Assembly: GCA_964425655.1 (NCBI GenBank)
Contig: CAYRMU010000002.1
Location: 1 to 44,585 of the forward strand
Length of the DNA: 44,585 nucleotides
Origin: an uncultured Candidatus Saccharibacteria bacterium
GTDB taxonomy: Bacteria; Patescibacteriota; Minisyncoccia; Phycocordibacterales; UBA918
Direction: 5' to 3'
Part shown: positions 1 to 8,851 of the stretch, piece by piece
Layout of the letters: the number at the start of each line of letters is the position of its first letter
Numbering within the stretch: position 1 is the stretch's first letter
Made by a program: the position numbers and the translations under genes
The notes under the pieces: model-generated
The model's input: only the letters and a program-made list of their open reading frames with translations
What the model was told of the DNA's origin: nothing
Databases searched by the model: none

Positions 1-32
1 GCCGCACCCAAGAGGGGTGCGGCTTTGTTTTT
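1..32 (+). terminator. Rho-independent terminator of an upstream plus-strand gene lying outside the window
   Basis: GCCGCACCC-aagag-GGGTGCGGC followed by TTTGTTTTT. Confidence 0.6.
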
Positions 33-251
33 AGAGTGACTTTAAACCGTTATACTGGTTTATTTACTTTCTGCTTACTCTGGCTTCTGTAGTGGCACCC
101 ACCAGTTTCTAAGTAGAATTTTCATTATATGAAAATTCATACTAAGAACTGTCGGGCCCGGCTCGACTGTTTTTAATTCTTTGAAGGAATTAAAAACATG
201 TCTGCGCCTCTTACCGTTGCCAGAAGCAAAGCAGTTTGCTTCTTAAAAAGC

Positions 252-794
252 TTATTCAGCTTTTTGCAACGGTAAGCCGATGAATCGCAAGAGCGCTTCA
301 GCTTCTGCCTTGGTCTTTGCTGTAGTCACAATCGTGATAGCGAGACCGAAGACATCCTTGATTTCTTCATCAGCCGTCTCAGGGAAAATTGAGTGTTCCT
401 TGATACCGAGCGTAATGTTCCCCATCTCGTCAATCGCTGTTGTCTTGAGACCGCGGAAGTCGCGTGTCTGCGGCAAGGCAATGTGAACGAGTTTATCGAG
501 GAAGTGGTGCATCCGGGCGCCACGCATCGTGACCTGGTAGCCAATGATATCACCTTCGCGGAGCTTGAATGATGCGATTGACTGACGAGCCTTACGTGGA
601 GCAGCCTTCTGACCGGTAATGGTCGCGAGGCGGTTCTGGATAAGGGCAATCTTTGCCTTGTCCTCGATCTTTCCGGTTCCCGTTGAAACGATTACCTTCT
701 CGATACGTGGAGCTTGCATGACATTCTTGTACCCAAAGTCCCCCTTGAGTGCGTCAAATGCGCCGGCAATCTTCGTTTTCATAGTATCTGTCAT
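252..794 (-). CDS. rplE: 50S ribosomal protein uL5
   Basis: 180-aa ORF with an ATG start. The sequence is typical of uL5 (PRIEKVIVSTGTG, FRGL...DEMGNITLGIKEHSIFPE). It follows uL24 as in the spc operon. Confidence 0.95.
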   Translation of the reverse strand: MTDTMKTKIAGAFDALKGDFGYKNVMQAPRIEKVIVSTGTGKIEDKAKIALIQNRLATITGQKAAPRKARQSIASFKLREGDIIGYQVTMRGARMHHFLDKLVHIALPQTRDFRGLKTTAIDEMGNITLGIKEHSIFPETADEEIKDVFGLAITIVTTAKTKAEAEALLRFIGLPLQKAE

Positions 795-796
795 AC

Positions 797-1108
797 CTAG
801 ATAGATTTACCTGAAGGTCGTGCGATACGCACTTTCTTCACCTTATCACCCTCTTTCTCGACCTTGTATCCGGCACGTACCGCCTTTTTCCCTTCCATGA
901 GTGACACGTTAGAGACATGAACTGGTACATTCTTCTTGATCACCTGGCCCGCAGAACGGGTGCGGCGACTCTTCTGGTGGCGAGTGGCAATGTTGATGCC
1001 ATCGAGGAGTACCTGCTCGGTCTTTGGCAATGCCTCAGTTACCGTAGCAGTCTTTCCCTTATCTTTGCCCGCAATCACCAATACTGTGTCTCCTTTTTTG
1101 ATTTTCAT
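797..1108 (-). CDS. rplX: 50S ribosomal protein uL24
   Basis: 103-aa ORF. MKIKKGDTVLVIAGKDKGK is a KOW motif typical of uL24. It lies between uL14 and uL5. Confidence 0.95.
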   Translation of the reverse strand: MKIKKGDTVLVIAGKDKGKTATVTEALPKTEQVLLDGINIATRHQKSRRTRSAGQVIKKNVPVHVSNVSLMEGKKAVRAGYKVEKEGDKVKKVRIARPSGKSI

Positions 1109-1126
1109 ATATATATCAATTACGGG

Positions 1127-1498
1127 TTACACAACTTCTGGTGCCAAAGAAACAATCTTCTGGAAACCTGCTTCTGCAAGTTCACGTGGGATTGGGCCGA
1201 AGACACGGTTTGCCTTAGGTTCCTTACTTTCCTTGTTAACGATAACGACGGCGTTGTCATCAAAACTGATGTATGAGCCATCCTTTCGGCGGTAGGCTTT
1301 GCGCTGACGCACAACCACTCCGCACACCACGTCCTTCTTCTTCACCGCCTTACGCGGTTCCGCGGTCTGAATTGAGAGAATCACGAGTTCACCGAGTTCA
1401 GCATAGCGCTTCTTTGAACCGCCGAGGACCTTGAATACACGTCCTACTTTACCGCCAGAGTTGTCGGTAATTTTTACAATTGAACGATCTTGAATCAT
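1127..1498 (-). CDS. rplN: 50S ribosomal protein uL14
   Basis: 123-aa ORF. MIQDRS...VKITDNSGGK and the C-terminal GPIPRELAE...KIVSLAPEVV are characteristic of uL14. Confidence 0.95.
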   Translation of the reverse strand: MIQDRSIVKITDNSGGKVGRVFKVLGGSKKRYAELGELVILSIQTAEPRKAVKKKDVVCGVVVRQRKAYRRKDGSYISFDDNAVVIVNKESKEPKANRVFGPIPRELAEAGFQKIVSLAPEVV

Positions 1499-1502
1499 AC
1501 GC

Positions 1503-1760
1503 TTATGCTTTTACGAGCTCGAAGCGCTTGCGCTTAGAGATCGGACGAGTCTCTTTAATTTCGACCTTTTGCCCCACTGCTGCTGTGTTACCAGCGTCAT
1601 GTACCAAGTACTTCTTGGTTCGGCGCTGATACTTCTTGTACTTTGGGTGCTTGACGTAGCGTTCTACGGCTACGGTGCAGGTATCCTGCATCTTACTTGC
1701 CACCACGGTACCAGAGAGTACGCGACCGCCAGTCTTGGTTGTTGTTTCTGTGTTCGTCAT
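1503..1760 (-). CDS. rpsQ: 30S ribosomal protein uS17
   Basis: 85-aa ORF. G.VVASKMQDTCTVAVERYVKHPKYKKY matches the uS17 core. Position in the operon is conserved. Confidence 0.93.
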   Translation of the reverse strand: MTNTETTTKTGGRVLSGTVVASKMQDTCTVAVERYVKHPKYKKYQRRTKKYLVHDAGNTAAVGQKVEIKETRPISKRKRFELVKA

Positions 1761-1765
1761 AGGAG

Positions 1766-1975
1766 TTACGCTGTCTTAGCTGCTGATGCGTTACGACGGG
1801 CAGTAGCTTCGGTGAGTGCCCAAGCAATCTGCTTGCGCGCGTCACGTACCTTCTGCACATCGCCACTACCTACACCTCCGGTGCCGAAGCGAACGGTGCG
1901 GAGTACTTCACGCTGCTCGCGGACGAGTGTCGTGAGTTCTGCATCGGTCTTCTTTGCAATATCTTTGTAGTTCAT
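1766..1975 (-). CDS. rpmC: 50S ribosomal protein uL29
   Basis: The track ORF begins at a GTG (1993). I prefer the ATG at 1975 (MNYKDIAKKTDAEL...), which gives a 69-aa protein of typical uL29 size placed just after the rplP stop. Confidence 0.85.
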   Translation of the reverse strand: MNYKDIAKKTDAELTTLVREQREVLRTVRFGTGGVGSGDVQKVRDARKQIAWALTEATARRNASAAKTA

Positions 1976-1985
1976 GGTAATCAGC

Positions 1986-2420
1986 TTATACACGTGTGTC
2001 TTCGCGACGAACGACCTTGGCCTTCAAAGGAAGCTTACACGCTGCCTTACGGAGGGCTTCACGGGCGATCTCTTCAGAGACACCGTCAACCTCGAATAAT
2101 ACTCGACCTGGGCGTACTTCAAACATAAAGTGATCTGGATCTCCCTTACCCTTACCCATCGGTACTTCTGCCGCCTTCTGAGTTACTGGTCGGTCTGGGA
2201 AGATACGAATCCAAATCTTTCCGGTCTTGCCGAGTGTTCGTGAGATCACGCGACGAGCGGCTTCAATCTGGTTACTGGCAACGCGTGAGTCAGTTGTAGC
2301 CTTAAGTCCATATGAACCAAATGCTACGGTGATACCACGAGTCTCAGGCTTCATGCGCTTCGCTGCACTCTTGCGGCCTACTTGCCACTTGCGGTGCAAT
2401 GTCTTTTTTGGAAATAACAT
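1986..2420 (-). CDS. rplP: 50S ribosomal protein uL16
   Basis: 144-aa ORF. MLFPKKTLHRK...GSYGLKA...IWIRIFPD.PVT.K..E.PMGKGKG is the uL16 signature. Confidence 0.95.
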   Translation of the reverse strand: MLFPKKTLHRKWQVGRKSAAKRMKPETRGITVAFGSYGLKATTDSRVASNQIEAARRVISRTLGKTGKIWIRIFPDRPVTQKAAEVPMGKGKGDPDHFMFEVRPGRVLFEVDGVSEEIAREALRKAACKLPLKAKVVRREDTRV

Positions 2421-2431
2421 ACGCGTGACGC

Positions 2432-3157
2432 TTATGCAGCAGAGTTAGGTCGGCGGGTACGTGCTGCCGGCGCCGCTGGCGCTTCAGCTGCCTTGCTTCG
2501 ATCAGCAAAGATGTCGCCTCGGTAAATCCAAACCTTTACACCAATCACACCGTACGGGAGATTAGCGCGCTCACGAGCAAAGTCGATGTCTGCGCGGAGT
2601 GTCTGGAGTGGAATTCGACCCTTCTTGAGCTCTTCGCGGCGAGCCATATCAGCTCCACCGAGACGGCCTGAAACAATGATGCGAACACCCTGTACGTCGC
2701 GGTTCGCCATTACTTTCTCCACGGTCATTTTAAGGACGCGGCGGAACGGCATACGCTTCTCAAGGCCTTCAACGATCATTTGTCCAACGATTGCCGCTGA
2801 GGTTTCAACAGAGCGGACTTCTTCAATATCAATCTTAATCTCCGGCATCTGCTGGAGCTTAAGGGTACGCAAGAGCTGTGAGAGCTCTTTTTTGAGTACC
2901 ACTGCACCTTCCCCACTGCGGCCAATGATGAGGCCTGGGCGGGCGGTCTTTACAATGAGACGAAGGGTCTCTTTGTTACGCTCAATTTCGATTGCGTCAA
3001 CTGACATACCCTTGAGCTTCTTCGAAAGGTGCTTGCGAATTGCAGCATCGGTACGAATGTACTCACGGTAGGTCTTTGGATCTGTAGTGACCCAGCGACT
3101 GCGCCAGTCACGGATGATACCGACGCGCTGAACGTATGGATGGGCTACGTGTGTCAT
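2432..3157 (-). CDS. rpsC: 30S ribosomal protein uS3
   Basis: 241-aa ORF with a KH-domain region and RLGGADMARRE...GRIPLQTLRADIDF. It has an Ala/Pro-rich C-terminal tail. Confidence 0.95.
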   Translation of the reverse strand: MTHVAHPYVQRVGIIRDWRSRWVTTDPKTYREYIRTDAAIRKHLSKKLKGMSVDAIEIERNKETLRLIVKTARPGLIIGRSGEGAVVLKKELSQLLRTLKLQQMPEIKIDIEEVRSVETSAAIVGQMIVEGLEKRMPFRRVLKMTVEKVMANRDVQGVRIIVSGRLGGADMARREELKKGRIPLQTLRADIDFARERANLPYGVIGVKVWIYRGDIFADRSKAAEAPAAPAARTRRPNSAA

Positions 3158-3165
3158 AGATTTCC

Positions 3166-3489
3166 TTACTTAGTACCGAGCTCGACGGTAATGTGACTTG
3201 AGCGCTTGTTGATTGGCGATGCTGAACCACGGGCTCGTGGCATGAATCGCTTCTGGGTTACCCCTTTATCAACAGACACTTTCTTAATAATGAGCGCATC
3301 GGCTGCCACTCCCGTTGCGAGGGCGTTTGCCTTCGCTGAGAGAATAACCTTTGCAAATGGACCAGCTGCACGCTTATCAACGAAGTTGAGTTGGGCAAGT
3401 GCGGCATCAACCTTCTTTCCTCGAACCAGATCAGCAATCAGGCGAACCTTACGTGGTGACTGTCGGTAGTTTTTGAGAACTGCTTTCAT
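3166..3489 (-). CDS. rplV: 50S ribosomal protein uL22
   Basis: 107-aa ORF. SPRKVRLIADLVRGKKV..A...L is typical of uL22. Operon position fits. Confidence 0.93.
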   Translation of the reverse strand: MKAVLKNYRQSPRKVRLIADLVRGKKVDAALAQLNFVDKRAAGPFAKVILSAKANALATGVAADALIIKKVSVDKGVTQKRFMPRARGSASPINKRSSHITVELGTK

Positions 3490-3497
3490 ACCACAGA

Positions 3498-3830
3498 TTA
3501 CTTAGTTGCCTTTGCGGCCTTAGCAGCTGCAATTTCGGCATCCTTCTTCTTCTGGTCAAGCTCCTTCTGCATCTTACCGCCGTGGCGATAGAATTTGGTG
3601 GTTGGTGAAAATTCACCGAGACGATGACCTACCATGTCCTCAGTTGCGAGAACTTCAATGTGGTCCTTACCATTGTGAACACCAAAGGTAAAACCAATCA
3701 TTTCTGGTGAAATCACACAGTCTCGTGCCCATACCTTGATTGGTGCCTTGTAGTCCTCCGGCTTCTTGCCGACAACTTTCTTCAGCACTTTTTCATCAAC
3801 GTATGGACCCTTATAGAGTGATCGTGACAT
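3498..3830 (-). CDS. rpsS: 30S ribosomal protein uS19
   Basis: 110-aa ORF. MSRSLYKGPYVD...HNGKDHIEV.ATEDMVGHRLGEF.PT matches uS19. It has a Lys/Ala-rich C-terminal extension. Confidence 0.95.
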   Translation of the reverse strand: MSRSLYKGPYVDEKVLKKVVGKKPEDYKAPIKVWARDCVISPEMIGFTFGVHNGKDHIEVLATEDMVGHRLGEFSPTTKFYRHGGKMQKELDQKKKDAEIAAAKAAKATK

Positions 3831-3985
3831 ACAGAAAAATCACAGCTACACCCACTTTGGGCGTAGTGCGCTACGAATAATATGCTCTTCCTCTCCTTCT
3901 CACGCATGTGAGAGAGGCGTATAACGGTTTTGTCTGCATATTGCCCTACCAGAGGCGAATATGTAAACGAGGTCAGAACGGGGCT

Positions 3986-4014
3986 ATAGTACGGGAAATA
4001 CCTATAAAAGTCAA
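3986..4014 (-). promoter_or_regulatory. Sigma70-type promoter for the rpsS-rplE block
   Basis: The minus strand reads TTGACT - 17 nt - TACTAT. It lies directly after the terminator of the inserted gene 4062-5147, about 150 nt upstream of rpsS. Confidence 0.55.
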
Positions 4015-4016
4015 TT

Positions 4017-4050
4017 AAACCAGCAGCGGCAGTATGACCGCTGCTGGTTT
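4017..4050 (-). terminator. Terminator hairpin of 4062-5147
   Basis: CCAGCAGCGG / CCGCTGCTGG is a 10-bp stem with an 8-nt loop. The T-rich tail is short (TTTAATTG). Confidence 0.6.
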
Positions 4051-4061
4051 ATACGGGTACT

Positions 4062-5147
4062 TTAGTAACACCCGACTTGCGTTGGAACTGCTCGACAGCT
4101 GCCTGGATTTTCACAGTTAGTTGTCCGATTTTCTGAACAGGTTTCAGGCGTAGTATTGCTCCAGGCGTGACGGGTGAGATAGCATGGACCCCAGCACATA
4201 TTAGTACATGCTGAACTGCCACCTTGCGTTGTCGTCCATTGCTGGTAGAGTGCCCAACCGGCTGGGCATGAAGCTTGGGCAAACTGACAGAACTTGTCTG
4301 CACCCGACGTATACACTGTACCGCCAAGATCAGTACACTGCTTCTCAGAATGTTGGCCATTGACGAGCATTGGTCCAGTTGAACCACTCGGTACACCACA
4401 TGACCAGACACCACCATTTGAAATCAGCGTTTCGCCGTTTCCACATGCAGGAAGCCCACTTGCTGAATTGCCACTTGCACCAATGTATCCAATTAAACGA
4501 ACTTCAACGTTTTGTGTTGCATACGATTGCATCAAAATAATGCCAGCAGCATTTGTTGCAACAGTAACGTATCCCATGCGATTAGCTGACCCGAATAACT
4601 GAAGTCCCGAAGCGCCTGCACCCACCCCACTTCCCACGGTTGAACCCTGAACTCCAGCCACACCCTTTGGTTTAAACGTAAAAGAGTTAGTCGTATTTTG
4701 ACTTGTCGTTACATGGAGATAAACGAGTGTTGCTCGGGCACCGACTATTGCAGCAAGATTAAGATCTATTCCACCGGTATCAACTGCACCACTACCTGTG
4801 ATTGAACCACTGTAAACCACCTGATTAGTAGATACCCACCCGCCGCCCGCAACAGACCCGCAGTTCTCACCGTTTTCATCACAATACTCAGCCGCACCCA
4901 CTCGGCCTGTAACCGTCAGGTCTAAATCATTTACATCAGAGGTACCTCTGACCAGTACTCCTCCTGCCACATCGAGTGCGCCAACGCCTAATCCACCGGA
5001 CTTAATCTGTGACACACCTCCAGTATTGACAGGAGCTGCAACATTGCTTCCTGTGGGAACAGCGGTTGGTGCTGTCCAGGCTGAGAGATAATCAGCCCCA
5101 ATAAGGAGACAGAGTACTAAAATCAAAATTATTGATGAACGGAACAT
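4062..5147 (-). CDS. Secreted Cys-rich modular protein, paralog 1 (function unknown)
   Basis: 361-aa ORF with an ATG start. Signal peptide MFRSSIILILVLCLLIGADYLSA|W. Its N-module (WTAP..P..SNVAAPVNTG, Q.K.G.LGV, YCDENGENC) is shared with 5924-6838 and 8852-9520. Its C-terminal 92-aa 10-Cys module ending TQVGCY is shared with 8852-9520. A terminator hairpin follows. Confidence 0.85.
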   Translation of the reverse strand: MFRSSIILILVLCLLIGADYLSAWTAPTAVPTGSNVAAPVNTGGVSQIKSGGLGVGALDVAGGVLVRGTSDVNDLDLTVTGRVGAAEYCDENGENCGSVAGGGWVSTNQVVYSGSITGSGAVDTGGIDLNLAAIVGARATLVYLHVTTSQNTTNSFTFKPKGVAGVQGSTVGSGVGAGASGLQLFGSANRMGYVTVATNAAGIILMQSYATQNVEVRLIGYIGASGNSASGLPACGNGETLISNGGVWSCGVPSGSTGPMLVNGQHSEKQCTDLGGTVYTSGADKFCQFAQASCPAGWALYQQWTTTQGGSSACTNMCWGPCYLTRHAWSNTTPETCSENRTTNCENPGSCRAVPTQVGCY

Positions 5148-5281
5148 GGCGAAATTGAGAAAAATTTGATTGTACTGTAAGTATACTGGATGTATCTAAT
5201 ACACCATATACCTATCCCCACGCGCGCTGATGTCACTTATTCTGTTACATTAATACAGTCCATGCTAGGCTTGTACCATCT

Positions 5282-5602
5282 ATGCCTAAGCCCCGCGGTC
5301 GAGAACACACCACCCTCACAGAAACAGCCACCGAAGTGGTTAGGGTTTTAGAGCGTATCCCGGGCGTCAAAATGATTGCCCCAGGTGAGATTCGCACCAC
5401 ACAACGCCGAAAAGGTGGCAAACGACACCTAACGCTGGTATATACGAGTGCCGGCTTTGAACTCATCATTACCGGACAAAGTGTTCAGAAGGTAGCGGTA
5501 CACACTGAAGGAGACCCGCTACTAGTGGGAGGAGCGCTCCTTGCTCACAAGGAGCTCCGAGAGTTTGCCGCAAAAGCCCGAGAACGAAAGCCTGGTATAT
5601 AA
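5282..5602 (+). CDS. Small conserved-looking hypothetical protein (106 aa)
   Basis: ORF with an ATG start and no obvious SD, followed immediately by a 13-bp hairpin (5602-5631). The REHTTLT ... MIAPGEI ... GGKRHLTLVYTSAGFELIITGQSVQKVAVH pattern vaguely recalls DUF2103/COG4031-type proteins. That resemblance is from memory only. Confidence 0.55.
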   Translation: MPKPRGREHTTLTETATEVVRVLERIPGVKMIAPGEIRTTQRRKGGKRHLTLVYTSAGFELIITGQSVQKVAVHTEGDPLLVGGALLAHKELREFAAKARERKPGI

Positions 5603-5631
5603 AGAAATCTCCCCGACTGGGGAGATTTCTT
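5602..5631. terminator. Bidirectional hairpin between convergent genes 5282-5602 and 5634-5909
   Basis: AAGAAATCTCCCC-gact-GGGGAGATTTCTT is a 13-bp perfect stem whose arms are T-rich at both ends. Confidence 0.65.
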
Positions 5632-5633
5632 TA

Positions 5634-5909
5634 CTAGTCATTTGGATCTATAACTTCGTCACCTTCTTTGGGTGGTGGTATGGTTGCCGGGTCAGGCAGC
5701 GGAACACCTTCAACAAACTCAATGTCATCCGCAACAGGTGGCAGCAGTGCGGGATTAATCGTTGTATCAGGCTTAGGTGCTACCGGCTCTGGACGTGCCG
5801 CACTGTTACCTACAAAAAGCTGGTGAGCAACAGCTGACAGACCAAATAGTGTGCCTATGAGCACCCCGATTACTATACCAACTGTTGCACCTGCTAGATA
5901 CTGTTTCAT
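5634..5909 (-). CDS. Small single-pass membrane protein with a Pro-rich tail
   Basis: 91-aa ORF with an ATG 14 nt after the stop of 5924-6838. It has an N-terminal TM helix (GATVGIVIGVLIGTLFGLSAV) followed by a Pro/acidic-rich segment. Confidence 0.6.
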   Translation of the reverse strand: MKQYLAGATVGIVIGVLIGTLFGLSAVAHQLFVGNSAARPEPVAPKPDTTINPALLPPVADDIEFVEGVPLPDPATIPPPKEGDEVIDPND

Positions 5910-5923
5910 ATATACGTAGAAGA

Positions 5924-6838
5924 TTAATTTGACGCATCACAATATAATCCATCAATGCGACTGTTGTATGCACTCGCGCCGTACCGCTGCCACTGCCCTG
6001 AAGCATTCAGGAGATGGATGCCGTTATTGCTTGGTGAACTATACGCACCACTAACTGAACCAACGACGGTACTTCCTGGGTAGAAGTAGTTGCACACCCA
6101 AGCCATTTCGGCAGTACGATGGCCAATTGACGAAACGTTCCAATACGCAATACCGGGCACGCCAGCATCTTGCAGCGCTTTGGTCAGTGCATGTCCTCCA
6201 ACAATGTAGCGAATATCAGCAGTTGGAGTAAAGTTCTCTACGCCATAGCTGAACGCCTTGCCTTCACTAGCCAGTTGTGAGATAGATTTCCCAGTGCAGT
6301 CACCCGCCACGTTTTCAGAGTAAAATCCCTGGTCAAGCCGGTACATCTTGTACCACCCTGCACCTGGTCCATAGTAGTAGGCGTATCCGTTACTGTATGG
6401 AAGGTAGCCTCCCTGGTAGACCACCGTTACACCGTTATTCTCGCGACACACGATTGAATCAGGCCAATCCTGGACCTGTGTTCGAATATTACTCTGACCA
6501 CTTGCCACCGTACTAAGATCGGTACAATTTAGACCATTCTCATCGCAGTATTGATCAGCACCTATTTTGCCCTCAACTTCAAGTGTTACCGCTCTGTTAA
6601 ATGCGTCAGAAGTTGATGCACCCTGTACGTACGCACTACCAAACACACTGAGCCCTCCCACACCGAGCAAACCTTCCTTATCTTGCGGCGCGGCCCCGGT
6701 ATTAAGTGGTGCTGCCACATTGCTACTGGTTGGACTTGCCATTGGCGCAGTCCACGCAAAGAGTGCATCACCAGCAACAAGTGCCGCGAGTACCACGGCC
6801 AATGATGCAAACTGCACGTGACGACTAAATAATTTCAT
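5924..6838 (-). CDS. Secreted modular protein, paralog 2 (function unknown)
   Basis: 304-aa ORF. It has a signal peptide and the same N-module as paralogs 1 and 3 (FAWTAP..SP.SSNVAAPLNTG, Q.K.G.LGV, YCDENGLNC). Its Tyr/Gly/Trp-rich C-terminal half is unrelated to the other two. Confidence 0.85.
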   Translation of the reverse strand: MKLFSRHVQFASLAVVLAALVAGDALFAWTAPMASPTSSNVAAPLNTGAAPQDKEGLLGVGGLSVFGSAYVQGASTSDAFNRAVTLEVEGKIGADQYCDENGLNCTDLSTVASGQSNIRTQVQDWPDSIVCRENNGVTVVYQGGYLPYSNGYAYYYGPGAGWYKMYRLDQGFYSENVAGDCTGKSISQLASEGKAFSYGVENFTPTADIRYIVGGHALTKALQDAGVPGIAYWNVSSIGHRTAEMAWVCNYFYPGSTVVGSVSGAYSSPSNNGIHLLNASGQWQRYGASAYNSRIDGLYCDASN

Positions 6839-6981
6839 ATAAATAAATCCTAAAATCTAAACCCTACGTCTATTTTACATGGGTATAGTGCACTGGGTAC
6901 TACATATTCACAGAATACTGTACTCGAGGAGATAGTATGTGGTTACGTATTCCATGTACAGATGCATACAGCGAGCAAAAA

Positions 6982-7019
6982 CAAAAATACCGCCACCCTT
7001 GCGGGTGGCGGTATTTTTG
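6982..7019. terminator. Terminator after rpsJ (bidirectional shape)
   Basis: ATACCGCCACCC-ttgc-GGGTGGCGGTAT, flanked by an A5 run and a T5 run, lies 4 nt after the rpsJ stop. Confidence 0.8.
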
Positions 7020-7022
7020 TTT

Positions 7023-7370
7023 TTACATCATCTTCACATCAATGCTGACGCCTGATGGAAGGGAGAGGTTGGTCAATGCTTCAATCACCTTCGCACTTGG
7101 ATTCTCGATGTCGATAACGCGCTTATGCATGCGCATTTCGAATTGTTCTCGCGCATCTTTATGCACGAAGGTTGAGCGGTTCACCGTGTACTTCTTGATT
7201 TCTGTTGGCAAAGGGATTGGACCAACAACTGCTGCATCGAAACGCAACGCAGTGTCAATAATCGACTTTACACTGGTATCAAGAATCTTGTGCTCGTACG
7301 CACGAACACGGATTCGTAGCTTTTGGATTTCTCCAGCGGCTGCTTTTTTGGTCGTTTTGGCTTCAGCCAT
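7023..7370 (-). CDS. rpsJ: 30S ribosomal protein uS10
   Basis: 115-aa ORF. KLRIRVRAYEHKILD.S...I.......GPIPLPTE...YTV.RS..V.K..REQFEMR.HKR.IDI is the uS10 signature. Confidence 0.95.
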   Translation of the reverse strand: MAEAKTTKKAAAGEIQKLRIRVRAYEHKILDTSVKSIIDTALRFDAAVVGPIPLPTEIKKYTVNRSTFVHKDAREQFEMRMHKRVIDIENPSAKVIEALTNLSLPSGVSIDVKMM

Positions 7371-7405
7371 AAATAGTGGGTACCCGTACTGGGTAGCGAA
7401 CGTGC

Positions 7406-8596
7406 TTACGCAACGATCTTGGTTACCACACCGGCACCTACAGTCTTACCACCCTCGCGGATAGCAAAACTCTGTGACTCTTCCAATGCAATTGGAGATA
7501 CGAGCTTTACCTTGAAGGTAGCTGTATCACCTGGCATTACCATTTCTGTACCTTCAGCAAGTGTTACGTCGCCGGTTACGTCAGTGGTGCGGATGTAGAA
7601 CTGTGGCTTGTAACCTGAGAAGAACGGTGTGTGACGACCACCTTCTTCCTTTGAAAGAACGTACACCTCAGCTTCGAATTCGGTGTGTGGTGTTACTGAG
7701 CCCTTCTTCGCAAGTACCTGACCACGGTGTACATCCTCCTTCTTGATACCGCGGATAAGGATACCAGCGTTGTCGCCAGCCTGTGCCTGATCGAGTGACT
7801 TGTTGAACATTTCAACGCCGGTCACGGTAGTACTTGCAGTATCCTTGATACCAACAATTTCTACTTCTTCACCTACCTTAACAGCTCCACGCTCCACACG
7901 ACCAGTTACGACGGTACCTCGTCCTTCAATTGAGAAGATGTCCTCAATTGGCATAAGGAATGGCTTGTCGAGTTGGCGAACTGGAGTTGGGAAGAATGTA
8001 TCCATTGCATTCACGAGCTCCATTACCTTGTCAGCCCATTCACCACCTTCTGGTGCGTTAAGCGCCTGGAGGCCTGAACCCTTAATAACTGGAGTGTTTG
8101 CTCCGTCGTATCCGTTCTTCGTGAGAAGCTCTCGGAGTTCCTCTTCTACGAGCTCAATCATTTCAGCGTCATCCACCATGTCTACCTTGTTGAGGAATAC
8201 GATGATGTTTGGTACACCTACCTGCTTTGCGAGGAGAACGTGCTCACGAGTCTGTGGCATCGCACCGTCGGTTGCAGCTACTACGAGTACTGCGCCGTCC
8301 ATCTGAGCAGCACCGGTAATCATGTTCTTGATGTAGTCGGCGTGTCCTGGAGCGTCAATGTGCGCGTAGTGGCGACTTGGTGTCCAGTACTCACTGTGTG
8401 AGAGAGAAATAGTAATACCACGAGCCTTTTCTTCTGGGGCCTTGTCGATTTCGTCTACTCCTTTAACGTTAGCTCCGTAGTCCCCTCCCTTCTTTGAGAG
8501 AACGTTGAGAATAGCAGCGGTAAGGGTAGTTTTACCGTGGTCAACGTGACCGATGGTACCTACGTTTACGTGCGGCTTTGTACGATCAAATGACAT
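7406..8596 (-). CDS. tuf: Elongation factor Tu
   Basis: I set the start at the ATG at 8596 ([28 protein letters not shown]). The GTPase motifs DAPGH and NKVD are present. The 15 upstream residues in the track are a spurious extension. Confidence 0.96.
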   Translation of the reverse strand: MSFDRTKPHVNVGTIGHVDHGKTTLTAAILNVLSKKGGDYGANVKGVDEIDKAPEEKARGITISLSHSEYWTPSRHYAHIDAPGHADYIKNMITGAAQMDGAVLVVAATDGAMPQTREHVLLAKQVGVPNIIVFLNKVDMVDDAEMIELVEEELRELLTKNGYDGANTPVIKGSGLQALNAPEGGEWADKVMELVNAMDTFFPTPVRQLDKPFLMPIEDIFSIEGRGTVVTGRVERGAVKVGEEVEIVGIKDTASTTVTGVEMFNKSLDQAQAGDNAGILIRGIKKEDVHRGQVLAKKGSVTPHTEFEAEVYVLSKEEGGRHTPFFSGYKPQFYIRTTDVTGDVTLAEGTEMVMPGDTATFKVKLVSPIALEESQSFAIREGGKTVGAGVVTKIVA

Positions 8597-8790
8597 ATAA
8601 ATGTAATTGTTCTTACTTTTAATTAAATAATTACCGCACACGGCTGCTATTCATATTGATATATGAAAAGTGGCACGAGCGCTCGGTCATCGTGGCGCGA
8701 GAACGGCGCACCATGACTGAGCACTGATGTGAAAGAGCAGATATAATCTTAGCCCCGCACGACCGCTAACGGCCGTATGCAGTGCGAGCT

Positions 8791-8818
8791 ATAGTACCAG
8801 ACTAGTCCGGTTTTGCAA
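8791..8818 (-). promoter_or_regulatory. Candidate promoter for tuf-rpsJ
   Basis: The minus strand reads TTGCAA - 16 nt - TACTAT. It would give a leader of about 190 nt before tuf. Confidence 0.4.
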
Positions 8819-8851
8819 GCAAAATACAGTACGTGACCCGACCGGAAAACG

